64,000 nucleotides of DNA from positions 26,420 through 90,419 of IMG/VR virus record IMGVR_UViG_2687453321_000002; one strand, 5' to 3'. This document shows positions 19,935 to 28,901 of the stretch, piece after piece; position 1 is the first letter of the stretch; each line of letters begins with the position of its first letter. Made by a program: the position numbers and the translations under genes. This stretch comes from a virus (taxonomy: Duplodnaviria; Caudoviricetes). A model generated the notes under the pieces. That model was not told where the DNA came from, made no database searches, and saw only the letters and a program-made list of their open reading frames with translations.

Positions 19935-20578
19935 TTCATTTTTTCCTCAATGTTTTGCAGCAATCTACTAAACGCTGCATCACCTTGGTTTTTACGTACA
20001 GCCAAAGCATCGATGAACGGATCAACATAGGGTTGCACTAAAAAGTAGATGAAATCCAAGTTTCCTGCACTTCTAAGCTTGTAGTAAACAGCGCTATGCG
20101 TACGTTCGAGACCGATTGATTTGTATATGCTTCGTTCTATCATACCGCCAGCCATCAGCGTGAAGCTCGTAGCAACGCCTGCACCTCGAGTAATCATGGC
20201 TGCACCGCCTGCAGATATTATGCTGTTCACTATTCTTGATGAAATCAGGGAGGTGGTAAGCATTCGGCCAGCGGAAGAGGAGCCCACGCTTCTAAATATT
20301 TTGTCTTGCGTATTTTTTGGAACGTAAGCGGCGAATGCATCAATGATGATTTTTGTCGTTCTGATGACGTGATGATAGTTCAATAAACCGGACTTCATTG
20401 CCCTCATCATGCGAATGCGTTCGTCTTCCATCTTCCTACGATTGCTTGTGTCAAAAATGCCTAGGGCTAGATAGCCAAGATCAACAGGTACTGACATTGC
20501 ACCATCAAGCAACCCCACAACTGTTTCTGGGGAGACAATCACTTTTACTATCCGTTCCACTATCTCTGTGTTGTTCAC
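19931..20578 (-). CDS. Hypothetical protein with Gly/Ala-rich hydrophobic segment (moron)
   Basis: 215-aa ORF opposite to the structural genes, GAGGGA RBS. Confidence 0.7.
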   Translation of the reverse strand: MNNTEIVERIVKVIVSPETVVGLLDGAMSVPVDLGYLALGIFDTSNRRKMEDERIRMMRAMKSGLLNYHHVIRTTKIIIDAFAAYVPKNTQDKIFRSVGSSSAGRMLTTSLISSRIVNSIISAGGAAMITRGAGVATSFTLMAGGMIERSIYKSIGLERTHSAVYYKLRSAGNLDFIYFLVQPYVDPFIDALAVRKNQGDAAFSRLLQNIEEKMK

Positions 20579-20687
20579 TTTCGTCCCTCGAAATTTTTAT
20601 GGTTGTAACATAACGGACGTGGGGACATGTTTCAATGTTTGGTCAGTGTGGTAGTCTGTTCGAAAATTATGCTATGGAGGTCTGGAC

Positions 20688-20882
20688 ATGGAAATCAACG
20701 AAGAACGAGCAGTGTTTATAGCCAACGAGATCGGTGCCGCGGTTATCGACCTAATCGCAAATGGTATGGATGTGAACCGCCCTAACATTGCTGACTCTCT
20801 TGAGATGAAGCGTAAGATTGTCGGCAACACGCTATACAAGGGCGTATTGCGGGATGCAGCTGCATTAGTCCGTGAAAAATAA
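20688..20882 (+). CDS. Hypothetical 64-aa protein next to attR of prophage 1
   Basis: GGAGG RBS and clean ORF. Confidence 0.6.
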   Translation: MEINEERAVFIANEIGAAVIDLIANGMDVNRPNIADSLEMKRKIVGNTLYKGVLRDAAALVREK

Positions 20883-21065
20883 CAATGACCGGTCACCATT
20901 TTTTGCCGGTTGCCTACTTTGACGCTGGGGCGGTTCGTTCTGCAAAACTCAACTGAAACCACCATGAATAAAGGTCCATTAAACACGATTCGCTTGAAAT
21001 GCCACAATCTGGAGTTGTGATATTTATATATATAATTCAGTTGGTTAATTTTGACATCGTATGTG

Positions 21066-21230
21066 CTGCTGCGCCACATGGGCTGGTTCGAAGCGGCTAA
21101 CCTGATCGTTAAGGGCATGGAAGGTGCTATCGCTGCCAAGACCGTGACCTATGACTTCGAACGCCTGATGGAAGGCGCTAAGCTGTTGAAATGTTCATGG
21201 TTTGGCGACGCTATCGTAGAGCATATGTGA
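21066..21230 (+). pseudogene. icd: Duplicated icd 3' end; junction between prophage 1 and prophage 2
   Basis: Translates to [54 protein letters not shown]; no upstream icd sequence; repeated at 61733-61897. Confidence 0.92.
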
Positions 21231-21299
21231 TATAGTAACGAGTGAAATTAATAACGGGAGCTAAATGCTTCCGTTGCTTTATTATTCAACTTGGATTTT

Positions 21300-21333
21300 T
21301 TATCAAAACATTATCAAAACGTTTTATCAAAAC
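21300..21333 (+). repeat. Three direct repeats TTATCAAAAC, putative integrase arm-type sites (another copy at 61605-61614)
   Basis: Copies at 21300, 21311, 21324 and 61605, each near an att core. Confidence 0.7.
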
Positions 21334-21351
21334 CCCCTCCAAATTCTCTCT

Positions 21352-22479
21352 TCAAACCGCGACAGTGATCCAATCTTTGCCTCGATCATCGTGATACCGG
21401 TCGGTCTGTTTCTGCGATTTGTGGCCCAACAATAACTGGGTATTGAGGCCTTGTTCGCTATAAAGCCTTTCGGCCAGAGAACGCTGTTCGTGAAACGTTG
21501 CCGGCGTACCGGAACCCCAATCGATGTTTGCTTTATCGCGTGCTTTGCTGAAATTTACCGTGAGGGTATTGCCGCTTACCTGGGCGCCGCGTTGCGCCAT
21601 CGATGTTGATCGGAAGTAATGGATCAGATACGGGCTGACGGCGTAATCTCGGCATCGTGCGACAACTTCACGCAGGGACATGTTGATCGCTTCACAACGG
21701 AGTGAAAGGGGAATGGCAAGCTTAGCACCAGTCTTCTCTTGCACGATGTGCAAACAGTCATCCCAGATATCATTAAACCTCATGGCAGAAATGTCCCCGA
21801 GGCGTTGGCCGGTGACCAAGGCTAACAGCATTGCATTTCCCATATACCGGTGATTCTTGTCCGCTATATCGAAAATCTGCTGCCACTCCTGCAGGCTGAG
21901 GCGTTGCCTGGTAATTTTCCTGCGTGGCTGTTTGGTGGCCAACGCAGGGTTATATCCCGGTGGGACCTCACCAACATGCTGCGCCTCTTTGAATACGTCG
22001 ATCAGGACGGAACGAACAACCTGGGCCATACGTGGCTGCCCAGCTGCCGTATACTCATCCAGTAGCGCCGCAATATCGCGGGCATCCACGGCAGGTAAAG
22101 CCTTCATCGCGTAGTTTTGGCGCATGAGTTCAACGGGCTTTCGTTTCTGCTTGAAAGTATTGGGTTTAATATCGCCGGCAGAAAGGCGTTCTTCCTGTAT
22201 TTTCCAGTATCGATCAAGCCAAGTGTTGACGGTAATTTCTTTCCCGCGGATCTGGGCAATTCTGTCGCTTAGAGCCAGCATCTGGCGGCTTCTCTGCTCC
22301 GCTAGGCGATTATTTGCTTCAATCGCGATCTCTTTCGCTTCTTGCTCATTATCACCCAGGGCGTGGTATTTGCCGGTAATAGGGTGACGGTAACGCCAAT
22401 AAATTTTATTGGCGGTCCGGCTAAAAAGTGGGTAAAGGTTAGGTATTGTTACGTTATTTTTCCGTGGTCTGGCAGCCAT
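21352..22479 (-). CDS. int: Tyrosine integrase (lambda/phage 21/e14 type)
   Basis: MAARPRK, TGQRLGDI, TFHEQRSL, LLGHK, RYHDDRG motifs. Confidence 0.95.
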   Translation of the reverse strand: MAARPRKNNVTIPNLYPLFSRTANKIYWRYRHPITGKYHALGDNEQEAKEIAIEANNRLAEQRSRQMLALSDRIAQIRGKEITVNTWLDRYWKIQEERLSAGDIKPNTFKQKRKPVELMRQNYAMKALPAVDARDIAALLDEYTAAGQPRMAQVVRSVLIDVFKEAQHVGEVPPGYNPALATKQPRRKITRQRLSLQEWQQIFDIADKNHRYMGNAMLLALVTGQRLGDISAMRFNDIWDDCLHIVQEKTGAKLAIPLSLRCEAINMSLREVVARCRDYAVSPYLIHYFRSTSMAQRGAQVSGNTLTVNFSKARDKANIDWGSGTPATFHEQRSLAERLYSEQGLNTQLLLGHKSQKQTDRYHDDRGKDWITVAV

Positions 22480-22705
22480 CGTTCAAAATCCTCAGCAACC
22501 TTGGGTTGTCGTTCTTTCTCTTTTCCGGTTCTGCCAGCGATCCAACGAGTTCAGCATCCTCTCTCACACGCCACCATCGACCTTCTTTTTGAGCTGGTGG
22601 GTTGAAGTGGCCGGCTTTGGCTCGTTGCCTCAATGTGCTCACTGAGGGTGGGTCGCTGCGGTATTTTTCAGCTGCCCATTCTTCAAGTTTTAGCATCTGT
22701 AGCAT
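22454..22705 (-). CDS. xis: Excisionase
   Basis: LEEWA......PS.STLR..A..G...PPA.K.GR.WRV; overlaps int. Confidence 0.85.
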   Translation of the reverse strand: MLQMLKLEEWAAEKYRSDPPSVSTLRQRAKAGHFNPPAQKEGRWWRVREDAELVGSLAEPEKRKNDNPRLLRILNDGCQTTEK

Positions 22706-22750
22706 GAGTTATCTCCACACATAGGCCCGCTGCAACGGGCCGTTAAATAT

Positions 22751-23329
22751 TTACAGGTCGTTCGGATGCTGGTGGGGTGATAGCAATCGCTGGTGGATTG
22801 CTGAAACATACTGTGCCTGGTGTACAGCGTCTGCCAGTGCATTGTGGCGTTCGCCGTCGAAAGGCAGATCGCGTTTCGGGTCGAATCCTACACGCCGGCC
22901 GAGGTTCACCATGGTGCGCACGTCCAAATCGTTAAACCAGTTCCAGCATGGCGCCTTACTGCAGCGCTCGTAGGCTTCACGCAGAATGACGTTGTCGAAG
23001 GCGGCACCGTTGCCCCAAACCTTCAGATACTTAGGCTGCTCGCAGCTGCGGGTGACAAAATTGGTCAACGCATCGAGGGCTTCAGCGATGGGCTTTGCCT
23101 CGTCACTGGTGATCGCCGCTCGGGCCTCGCTGCTTTGTTTCAGCCACCAGTTGATGGTATCGCCATCGGGAACGGCGCCGGCGGCCAATTCGCTCGCCAG
23201 ATTTACCGCGGTATAAAACTGCGGGCCAAGATCACCCGTCATAGGGTTAAAGAACACGGCGCCGATCGCCACGATTGGTGCATTTGGCTTGTTGCCTATG
23301 GTTTCCAGGTCAATCATCAGATCATTCAT
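22751..23329 (-). CDS. 3'-5' exonuclease (DEDDh, DUF5051-like)
   Basis: MIDLET, WGNG..FD, DVRT, HNALADA. Confidence 0.85.
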   Translation of the reverse strand: MNDLMIDLETIGNKPNAPIVAIGAVFFNPMTGDLGPQFYTAVNLASELAAGAVPDGDTINWWLKQSSEARAAITSDEAKPIAEALDALTNFVTRSCEQPKYLKVWGNGAAFDNVILREAYERCSKAPCWNWFNDLDVRTMVNLGRRVGFDPKRDLPFDGERHNALADAVHQAQYVSAIHQRLLSPHQHPNDL

Positions 23330-23522
23330 TGTTTTTACCTTGTGTTGGGGCCGCTGCCAGCCATTGAAATAGTTTTTCCGCATCAGCTGCGTCGATAACG
23401 CGCTGGCCGTTGTCGAGGACGTGAACTTTTACCCGCATCCCGGCGACTTCCATCGTTTCCTCTGCAACCGAGACTGGCAAATCAGACAGATCGCTCAGCT
23501 TATCCATGCTGGGCTTCCGCAT
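23322..23522 (-). CDS. Hypothetical protein
   Basis: Coupled ORF in the leftward operon; VHVLDNGQRVID. Confidence 0.55.
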   Translation of the reverse strand: MRKPSMDKLSDLSDLPVSVAEETMEVAGMRVKVHVLDNGQRVIDAADAEKLFQWLAAAPTQGKNNE

Positions 23523-23638
23523 ATCTGATCCGTCCGTAATACTTGCCAGAGCGAAAGCGATAATGCTTTTTGCATTGCCACATGTCCTGTTCTGTCGTCA
23601 AATTGATGCCACGCACCAGGCGTGGTGAAAAGTTATGT

Positions 23639-23974
23639 TTAGGCATGGGTGATCACCCCACGGTGGTTGATGCGGTACACACGTTTAGGCATGCCGGAAT
23701 TTTGGCGATTGCCGTTGACAAACTGCGCCCACATTTTCAGTTCAAGTAAAAAGCCGCACATACCTTTCCCTGTCTTTCTGACGCCAATCTTGTTGCTGTT
23801 TCCTATGCTCCGGCGAGCCTTTCGCATTACATTGCGGTTGTGGGCGTTGCACACCTCAAGCCAGCGGTCATTACCTCTATGCCTGTATGGCGAGAACGTC
23901 CGATAGCGCCGCGCCTGCAGCTCCTGTAGGTGCGAATGTTGCAAATCTTCGATGTAGGTTTGCTTGCTCATCAA
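23639..23974 (-). CDS. Hypothetical basic protein
   Basis: Overlaps the next ORF in the leftward operon. Confidence 0.5.
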   Translation of the reverse strand: MMSKQTYIEDLQHSHLQELQARRYRTFSPYRHRGNDRWLEVCNAHNRNVMRKARRSIGNSNKIGVRKTGKGMCGFLLELKMWAQFVNGNRQNSGMPKRVYRINHRGVITHA

Positions 23975-24285
23975 TCGTCATCCTCATTGACCATAACCAG
24001 CTGCGTATCGTCCGGTACTTCCATGGTCAGCTGGACGCTGTAACCTCGCTCATGCATGGAGTATGAGACAGGCCAAGCTGGTACCGGCACGTCTTCGCCA
24101 ACCTGGCAAAGCCCAATAGCCCAGCAACCTTCATCGGTGTAGGTTGCGACAACCAGCACTTCGCCCTCAGCAGATTTCAAGTGATAGATCCCCAGCTCGT
24201 TAAAGCAGCCGATCTCTTCACGTATCGCACCCTCAACCTCAAACAGATCATCGCTGGCGCCATAAAACTTCAGTATTTTGCTCAT
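23971..24285 (-). CDS. Hypothetical phage protein
   Basis: YGASDDL.E.EG motif typical of lambdoid early genes. Confidence 0.65.
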   Translation of the reverse strand: MSKILKFYGASDDLFEVEGAIREEIGCFNELGIYHLKSAEGEVLVVATYTDEGCWAIGLCQVGEDVPVPAWPVSYSMHERGYSVQLTMEVPDDTQLVMVNEDDD

Positions 24286-24303
24286 GCTGTTTCCTTCAGG
24301 GCT

Positions 24304-24570
24304 TTAGCCCGATTGTTTTGGCTGATAGAACGCATCCATCAGGAAGCGTTTGCCGAGTTTGGTTAATTTCCCGTGCAGCTTCTTCGTGAAGCCGATTTCC
24401 ACCATGATGGTAGAGAGGGTGTGGCCAGACCATGAGTCACACGCAGCTTTAAGGCACCCTTGCTCTAACATTTTCCGTTTGTTAACGGGGCCAAAGTTGG
24501 TGCCGTCGAACGCTTGCTCAATATACTCATCCGTGATGTGGTCGCAGTTAACCGGTTTAGCCATTGCCAT
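24304..24570 (-). CDS. Hypothetical protein
   Basis: F.GTNFG motif; coupled ORF. Confidence 0.6.
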   Translation of the reverse strand: MAMAKPVNCDHITDEYIEQAFDGTNFGPVNKRKMLEQGCLKAACDSWSGHTLSTIMVEIGFTKKLHGKLTKLGKRFLMDAFYQPKQSG

Positions 24571-25045
24571 CCCCCTTCACGAAGATGATCCAGTGCGTTT
24601 TGTCGTTCTTTCCGGTGCGCTGCCAGATCGCCGGTTTTTCGTCTGTGAGGGCGATGATCTGGCTAACCGGTATCTGGGTTTCGTTCCATTTGAAGATCAG
24701 CACGCCGTGTGGCCGCAGCACGCGGAAAGCCTCGGCGAACCCGGCTCGCAGTTCATCGCGCCATGTTTCACGGTCGAGCTTCCCGTACTTCTTGCCCTGC
24801 CAGCCATTGGGGCCTACGCGCTCCAGGTGCGGCGGGTCGAACACGACAACAGAGAAACTGCCGTCTGCAAACGGCAGCGCTGTGAAGTCGGCGATCAGGT
24901 CCGGGGAGATAACCAGCTTTCTACCGTCGCAAAGGGTGTGGCTCTCGCAGCGCTTGTCGCTGAATACAGCGCGCTCGTCCTCTTTGTCGAACCAGAACAT
25001 GCGCGGACCGCAGCACATATCGAGGATTGTTTTATCAGTCAGCAT
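24557..25045 (-). CDS. Small SAM-dependent (probably DNA amino-) methyltransferase
   Basis: ILDMCCG.RMFWF, VVFDPPH, FRVL.P.G.LIFKW. Confidence 0.8.
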   Translation of the reverse strand: MLTDKTILDMCCGPRMFWFDKEDERAVFSDKRCESHTLCDGRKLVISPDLIADFTALPFADGSFSVVVFDPPHLERVGPNGWQGKKYGKLDRETWRDELRAGFAEAFRVLRPHGVLIFKWNETQIPVSQIIALTDEKPAIWQRTGKNDKTHWIIFVKGDGNG

Positions 25046-25229
25046 CTTCGGCCTCCTGGCGTTGCGCCGGGATCACTCCATCAACCGGCAGACACTCGTA
25101 TTGCGAGGGTAATTTCTGCTGGTGGATATCCGCCAGGCAGTTACTTTTGTCTGGATATACCCAGCCTTGCGGCACAAATTCGCAGGGCTGATAGGTGTAG
25201 CAGACGAGCAGGAACAGGCCGAACATCAC
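25035..25229 (-). CDS. Small Cys-containing protein (DUF1482/YebW-like)
   Basis: LFLLVC....C......Y.D...C, ECLPVD. Confidence 0.55.
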   Translation of the reverse strand: MMFGLFLLVCYTYQPCEFVPQGWVYPDKSNCLADIHQQKLPSQYECLPVDGVIPAQRQEAEDAD

Positions 25230-25759
25230 GCAGCCCTCTCGTTGGCCAGCTGGTTATAACGCTGCATGAACATCGCCCTGGCCTGTACTGGATTGACTGG
25301 TGAAACGAAAATGTCTTCCGAAGGGCGGATCCCGTTGAGCATTGGCCAAGGTGTCCCATCGTCAATGTCGAGATCGCGGCGTTCGGTGGCCAGCATCACC
25401 AGATCGGCATGCTTGACGATCGGGCTGGTGGTGGCTGGAAGGCCGAATTTATAACGAATAACAAAATCAATATTATTTTCGATGCCGCGATAGTCGGGAA
25501 TTAACTTTTTAAGCGGTGATGGAATATCTTTGCAATATGCTTCGTGCGCGTCATGCAGTAATGCTTCAAAAGCAAAACTAGGCGGGACGATTTTACTGGC
25601 AATGACACAATGCTGTGCCACGCTATAGAATTCAGGAATATGACCATTGAAGCGACATTCATGAGATAAGGCTTGTGCTATATCTTCAATGCAAATAGCG
25701 TCAACGGTTGGCGCTTCGTAATCAAAGCGTTTACCCGTAAAAGTTAAAATCCAAGACAT
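25226..25759 (-). CDS. HD-domain hydrolase (YfdR-like)
   Basis: DIAQALS..CRF.GH, YSVAQH, LLHDAHEAY..D. Confidence 0.85.
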   Translation of the reverse strand: MSWILTFTGKRFDYEAPTVDAICIEDIAQALSHECRFNGHIPEFYSVAQHCVIASKIVPPSFAFEALLHDAHEAYCKDIPSPLKKLIPDYRGIENNIDFVIRYKFGLPATTSPIVKHADLVMLATERRDLDIDDGTPWPMLNGIRPSEDIFVSPVNPVQARAMFMQRYNQLANERAA

Positions 25760-25844
25760 AATTATTCTCCACACAGTTTTTGGCAACACTTCACCAAATA
25801 CCCCATTGCTGGGGTATTTGAGGCTGTATTACTTATTTAAAAAA

Positions 25845-26672
25845 TCAGGCTTTGAAATTACCGATGAAGGTTTCGACTGAACCGCCATCGAATTTATCGA
25901 TCAGCAGATCGCGAAACTCGTTGGCAATTGCTTCTTCCTGCGCTTCAAGTTGAACAATGCGCAGGACGAAAAGCGGTTCGTCACTTTTCAGAAGGCTATT
26001 GCGGAGGCTGAACTTGCGTTCCCCGAGGCCTTCATACGGCGTGCAGGTGAATTCGAATGCAACCGGCATCACGTCTTTGCTGCTGGCTTCAATGCTTTGC
26101 ATGAGTGATTTTTTACCGCTGAAATCACCGTCTTCATGATCTGCTTCTGACATTTGCTTAATGCTTACGCGGCGAACGGCACCGGCAGCCTGCGAGATAG
26201 ACATTGCTTTACCCTCGGCATCAAATGCTTCCAGATAGTCGCTCCAGTCTTCCAGCCATTCGGCAATATTTTTCTGGCGCAGGCGTTCGCCATCTATTGC
26301 CAGCAATGCACGATATGGTGCTGTTTTCTTGAGTTTGATCGAAGCGACGTTATCGGCATGGCCTGGATTCTCAAGGGAACCGATATTGAACACTGACCGT
26401 GCACTCATGTTGTCGGCGTCAATGAAGCAGCGTGCTGGTTCATCCTGTTTGGCATAGCCGGTGGAGTAGCGAACAAAATCGGCAATGCTGGTTGTTTCCA
26501 TGATGCCGCGGAAGCGGAAGCGTTCCAGGCCGAATCGTTCAAGACTTTCGACGCCAACACCTTCAGGTAAAATTGCTGTCGGGCAGGCCAGTCCTTCGAT
26601 ATCACGAAGGTGATAACCAGAAATCACCAGGTCTTTAATTTGTTGAATTGCTCCGCCATCTAATTGAGACAT
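25845..26672 (-). CDS. DUF2303 (YfdQ-like) protein
   Basis: RFRFRG...T.SI.DF, PGHAD, ETFIG.F. Confidence 0.8.
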   Translation of the reverse strand: MSQLDGGAIQQIKDLVISGYHLRDIEGLACPTAILPEGVGVESLERFGLERFRFRGIMETTSIADFVRYSTGYAKQDEPARCFIDADNMSARSVFNIGSLENPGHADNVASIKLKKTAPYRALLAIDGERLRQKNIAEWLEDWSDYLEAFDAEGKAMSISQAAGAVRRVSIKQMSEADHEDGDFSGKKSLMQSIEASSKDVMPVAFEFTCTPYEGLGERKFSLRNSLLKSDEPLFVLRIVQLEAQEEAIANEFRDLLIDKFDGGSVETFIGNFKA

Positions 26673-26726
26673 AAAATAATCCTTTGGGTTTAATTGAATA
26701 GAGCGTTTATGAATAAGGGCGCGTTA

Positions 26727-27098
26727 TTACTTTGCGACCCGTAATTTACCGTCAGTGCCACCATCTACTGTAAATAGCTGACCTTGGTCTTCTTGCAGAA
26801 TTGTTAACTTACCGCCTTTGCCAACGTACATTGGCGTTTCGGTGGTATCTTCTTCTGAAACTTTCCCACGTGGTGTTGGGGTTACAAATTTCAGTTGATG
26901 TTTAATGCTGACGCGCTTTTCTTCAACCGAATTGCTTAAACGATCAATGTCGAGGGTAATAACGACTTTACCTTTACCGCCATTATTAAGAACGCCCAGC
27001 GCAGTAGCGTTTAATGCTGCTGAAAATTTATTTTCAAACACGCCGGCATCCAGTTCACCCAGAAAGTCCGGCACATTGGTTTTGCGGTCTTCACTCAT
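26727..27098 (-). CDS. YfdP-like protein
   Basis: TNVPDFLGELDAG, EEDTTETPMYV..GGKL, EDQGQLF; starts MSEDRK. Confidence 0.75.
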   Translation of the reverse strand: MSEDRKTNVPDFLGELDAGVFENKFSAALNATALGVLNNGGKGKVVITLDIDRLSNSVEEKRVSIKHQLKFVTPTPRGKVSEEDTTETPMYVGKGGKLTILQEDQGQLFTVDGGTDGKLRVAK

Positions 27099-27141
27099 AA
27101 AATAGTCCTCACACGAAGCGGCGATCGCCGCGGTTTTCTCC

Positions 27142-27483
27142 ACACACCTGGTGGCGCACCGTGCCGGGCTATACTGTGGAGAAATTAATAAGGAAACCGG
27201 CACAGTACGCCACCTGATGTGTAAAAAGGGCGGCCAGCCTATGAACATTATCTTCATCCTCCTGGTGTTGGTGGGTTGAAGTTCGGCGTGGCCGCCAAAG
27301 ACTACACAAAGCAATTCATCGGTTGTGGTGGCCGGCGGACAACGCCCCTGAAGTCCACCAGCCAGATCCACAACGGTATGCTCACTCATGAGTTAGGATC
27401 TTCCACCGCTCCCAGAACTGAGGGAAAGGGCGAGTGAGCATGCCGTTGTGTGCCGGGATTTTTAACCACGCCCGGCGCGTGGT
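27142..27483. other. Array of long stem-loops plus a possible pseudoknot in the early-left untranslated region
   Basis: Arm pairs 27150-67/27197-214, 27229-36/27289-96, 27322-40/27353-74, 27369-87/27432-50; crossing stems 27452-83. Confidence 0.65.
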
Positions 27484-27518
27484 ATCTTGGAGTTCTCACA
27501 CAACCAAGAAGGATTGAG

Positions 27519-27704
27519 ATGAAAAATATTGATGCTGTAACTCAATTTGCGTTTGAATATATCCGCAATCAAAATGAAACTTATTCGTCACCTGCTGAAT
27601 TTCTGATGGCTGTGAATAAAATTAAGTGCCAGTTTGCTGATCTTCTTGAATGTTCCCCTTCGGAGCTCCATAAGGCTGTTGTTGATGCTCGGGAGACGAA
27701 TTAA
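27519..27704 (+). CDS. Small hypothetical protein antisense to the early-left operon
   Basis: AAGGA RBS; 61 codons; overlaps the 3' end of the opposite ORF. Confidence 0.4.
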   Translation: MKNIDAVTQFAFEYIRNQNETYSSPAEFLMAVNKIKCQFADLLECSPSELHKAVVDARETN

Positions 27705-27939
27705 CGCAATTCAGAACCGCTCTCATACCAACAACCATTGCTTCTGCAGTGGTTGTTACTGCGCTGAGCACATCAGCCTTGGGTTTTCCACGTAGCACGT
27801 AGTCTTCAGCGACGCGTGATATAGTTGGCCCAAATAATTCAACCAAATAATTAGCAAAATGTTTGTTTACTTCTTCGCCGAAGAAATCATTCATACATTC
27901 TTCGTGGGACTTCTGTTTTTCGATAACCTTTCCCATCAC
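27622..27939 (-). CDS. Hypothetical protein, first gene of the PL operon
   Basis: AAGGGG RBS; downstream of the PL operators. Confidence 0.55.
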   Translation of the reverse strand: MMGKVIEKQKSHEECMNDFFGEEVNKHFANYLVELFGPTISRVAEDYVLRGKPKADVLSAVTTTAEAMVVGMRAVLNCVNSSPEHQQQPYGAPKGNIQEDQQTGT

Positions 27940-28042
27940 CTAAACCCCTTACTGAAAGTCACCTGAGCGAATCATCCCGATCTTCATGCGCCTCGGGCGG
28001 CTACTTCGTGGGCGTCCTGCCTGTTCGCTGTTGATGAATTAA

Positions 28043-28093
28043 AGTTTACATAACAAAACAAATGCGTCAAGCGAAAAGTTTGTATATCAAAAC
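28043..28093 (-). promoter_or_regulatory. PL/OL: two GTTT-N8-AAAC operators overlapping a TTGACG...TAAACT promoter
   Basis: gtttacataacaaaac 28044-59 and gtttgtatatcaaaac 28078-93. Confidence 0.65.
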
Positions 28094-28170
28094 TTGAGCG
28101 AGGCAGGAGTACAAGAAAACCCAGTTATACTGGGTTGGTTAATGTGATGTTCTCAAATTGTATGCTGCGG

Positions 28171-28821
28171 TTAGGGTAGTCTTGATAGAACCTGTAAACA
28201 GACACCAATTACTTGGCCCAGGCTGGCAATTTGGATCGCTTTGTAATTGCTGTTAAGTGGAACAAGGTAGATGTTTGGTCCATCGACGGATAACTTCTTA
28301 ATTGTGACAGTCTTGTGGTCATCGAGCAATGCAATAACAATACGACCAGCCGTTGGCTCTTGGGTTGGATCAACTATCACCGTGGCGCCAAGTGGAATTG
28401 TGACATCTCCGACCGCGCTTACCATAGAGTCATTGTCCATCTGTACTGCAAATGAGAAGGGGGATACGTCATCCGAGACTGTTATCCAATTTTGGAAGTG
28501 AGTTAAATCCTGATTCATTAGATCGCTCCATTCCCCCGCCTGCTGTAATGATAATAGAGGAATTTTTTGGAGTTCTCTGGTATTCGCGACCGGCGATTTT
28601 TGCCTTTGAGCGCCGCCTAACAACAACCACTGTTCACTGACTCTCAGTACTTTAGCCAGTGGAGCTATATATTGTGCAGATGGTTCGTTTCCTCCGTTCA
28701 CCCATTGGCTCACGGTGCCCTTTGACGCCTTGGTGGCCTCAATCAGATCTTTGCTTTTCAGGTTGAGTTTCTGCATCTGCATCTTGATGCGTTCACTCAT
28801 CGTCATGTCTTGAATTTTCAT
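28171..28821 (-). CDS. cI: CI-like repressor (HTH plus S24 peptidase)
   Basis: SKGTVSQWVNG HTH; DSM and TIKKL autocleavage motifs; divergent from cro. Confidence 0.9.
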   Translation of the reverse strand: MKIQDMTMSERIKMQMQKLNLKSKDLIEATKASKGTVSQWVNGGNEPSAQYIAPLAKVLRVSEQWLLLGGAQRQKSPVANTRELQKIPLLSLQQAGEWSDLMNQDLTHFQNWITVSDDVSPFSFAVQMDNDSMVSAVGDVTIPLGATVIVDPTQEPTAGRIVIALLDDHKTVTIKKLSVDGPNIYLVPLNSNYKAIQIASLGQVIGVCLQVLSRLP

Positions 28822-28883
28822 GTTTGTATTTTTAAACACATATGGTTTTGATGCTTGACCTTGTTGGGTTTTGATAGTTAAAC
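28822..28883. promoter_or_regulatory. OR: three 16-bp operators spaced 23 bp apart, with PR (TTGACC...TAAACT)
   Basis: Sites at 28822-37, 28845-60 (degenerate) and 28868-83 match the OL consensus. Confidence 0.65.
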
Positions 28884-28901
28884 TCAATAATAAACTAGGA
28901 G

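Larger units (their letters stand above)
1..21065 (+). mobile_element. Prophage 1 (myovirus), right arm: head, contractile tail, baseplate, fibre and morons; left part is outside the window
   Basis: Contiguous co-oriented structural genes ending at an icd 3'-end duplication at 21066. Confidence 0.9.

Noticed and set aside
20672-21139. 155-aa minus-strand ORF across the att junction
   Set aside because: Spans the icd repeat, att arm and an opposite-strand gene; no motif
24350-25303. 317-aa + strand ORF
   Set aside because: Antisense to several coupled minus-strand genes with recognisable motifs
27099-27389. N-terminal extension of the YfdP-like ORF
   Set aside because: Good RBS and ATG at 27098; the upstream part is better explained as RNA structure
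27142-27483. CRISPR-like array
   Set aside because: Stems are inverted repeats of different sequence, not identical direct repeats; no cas genes
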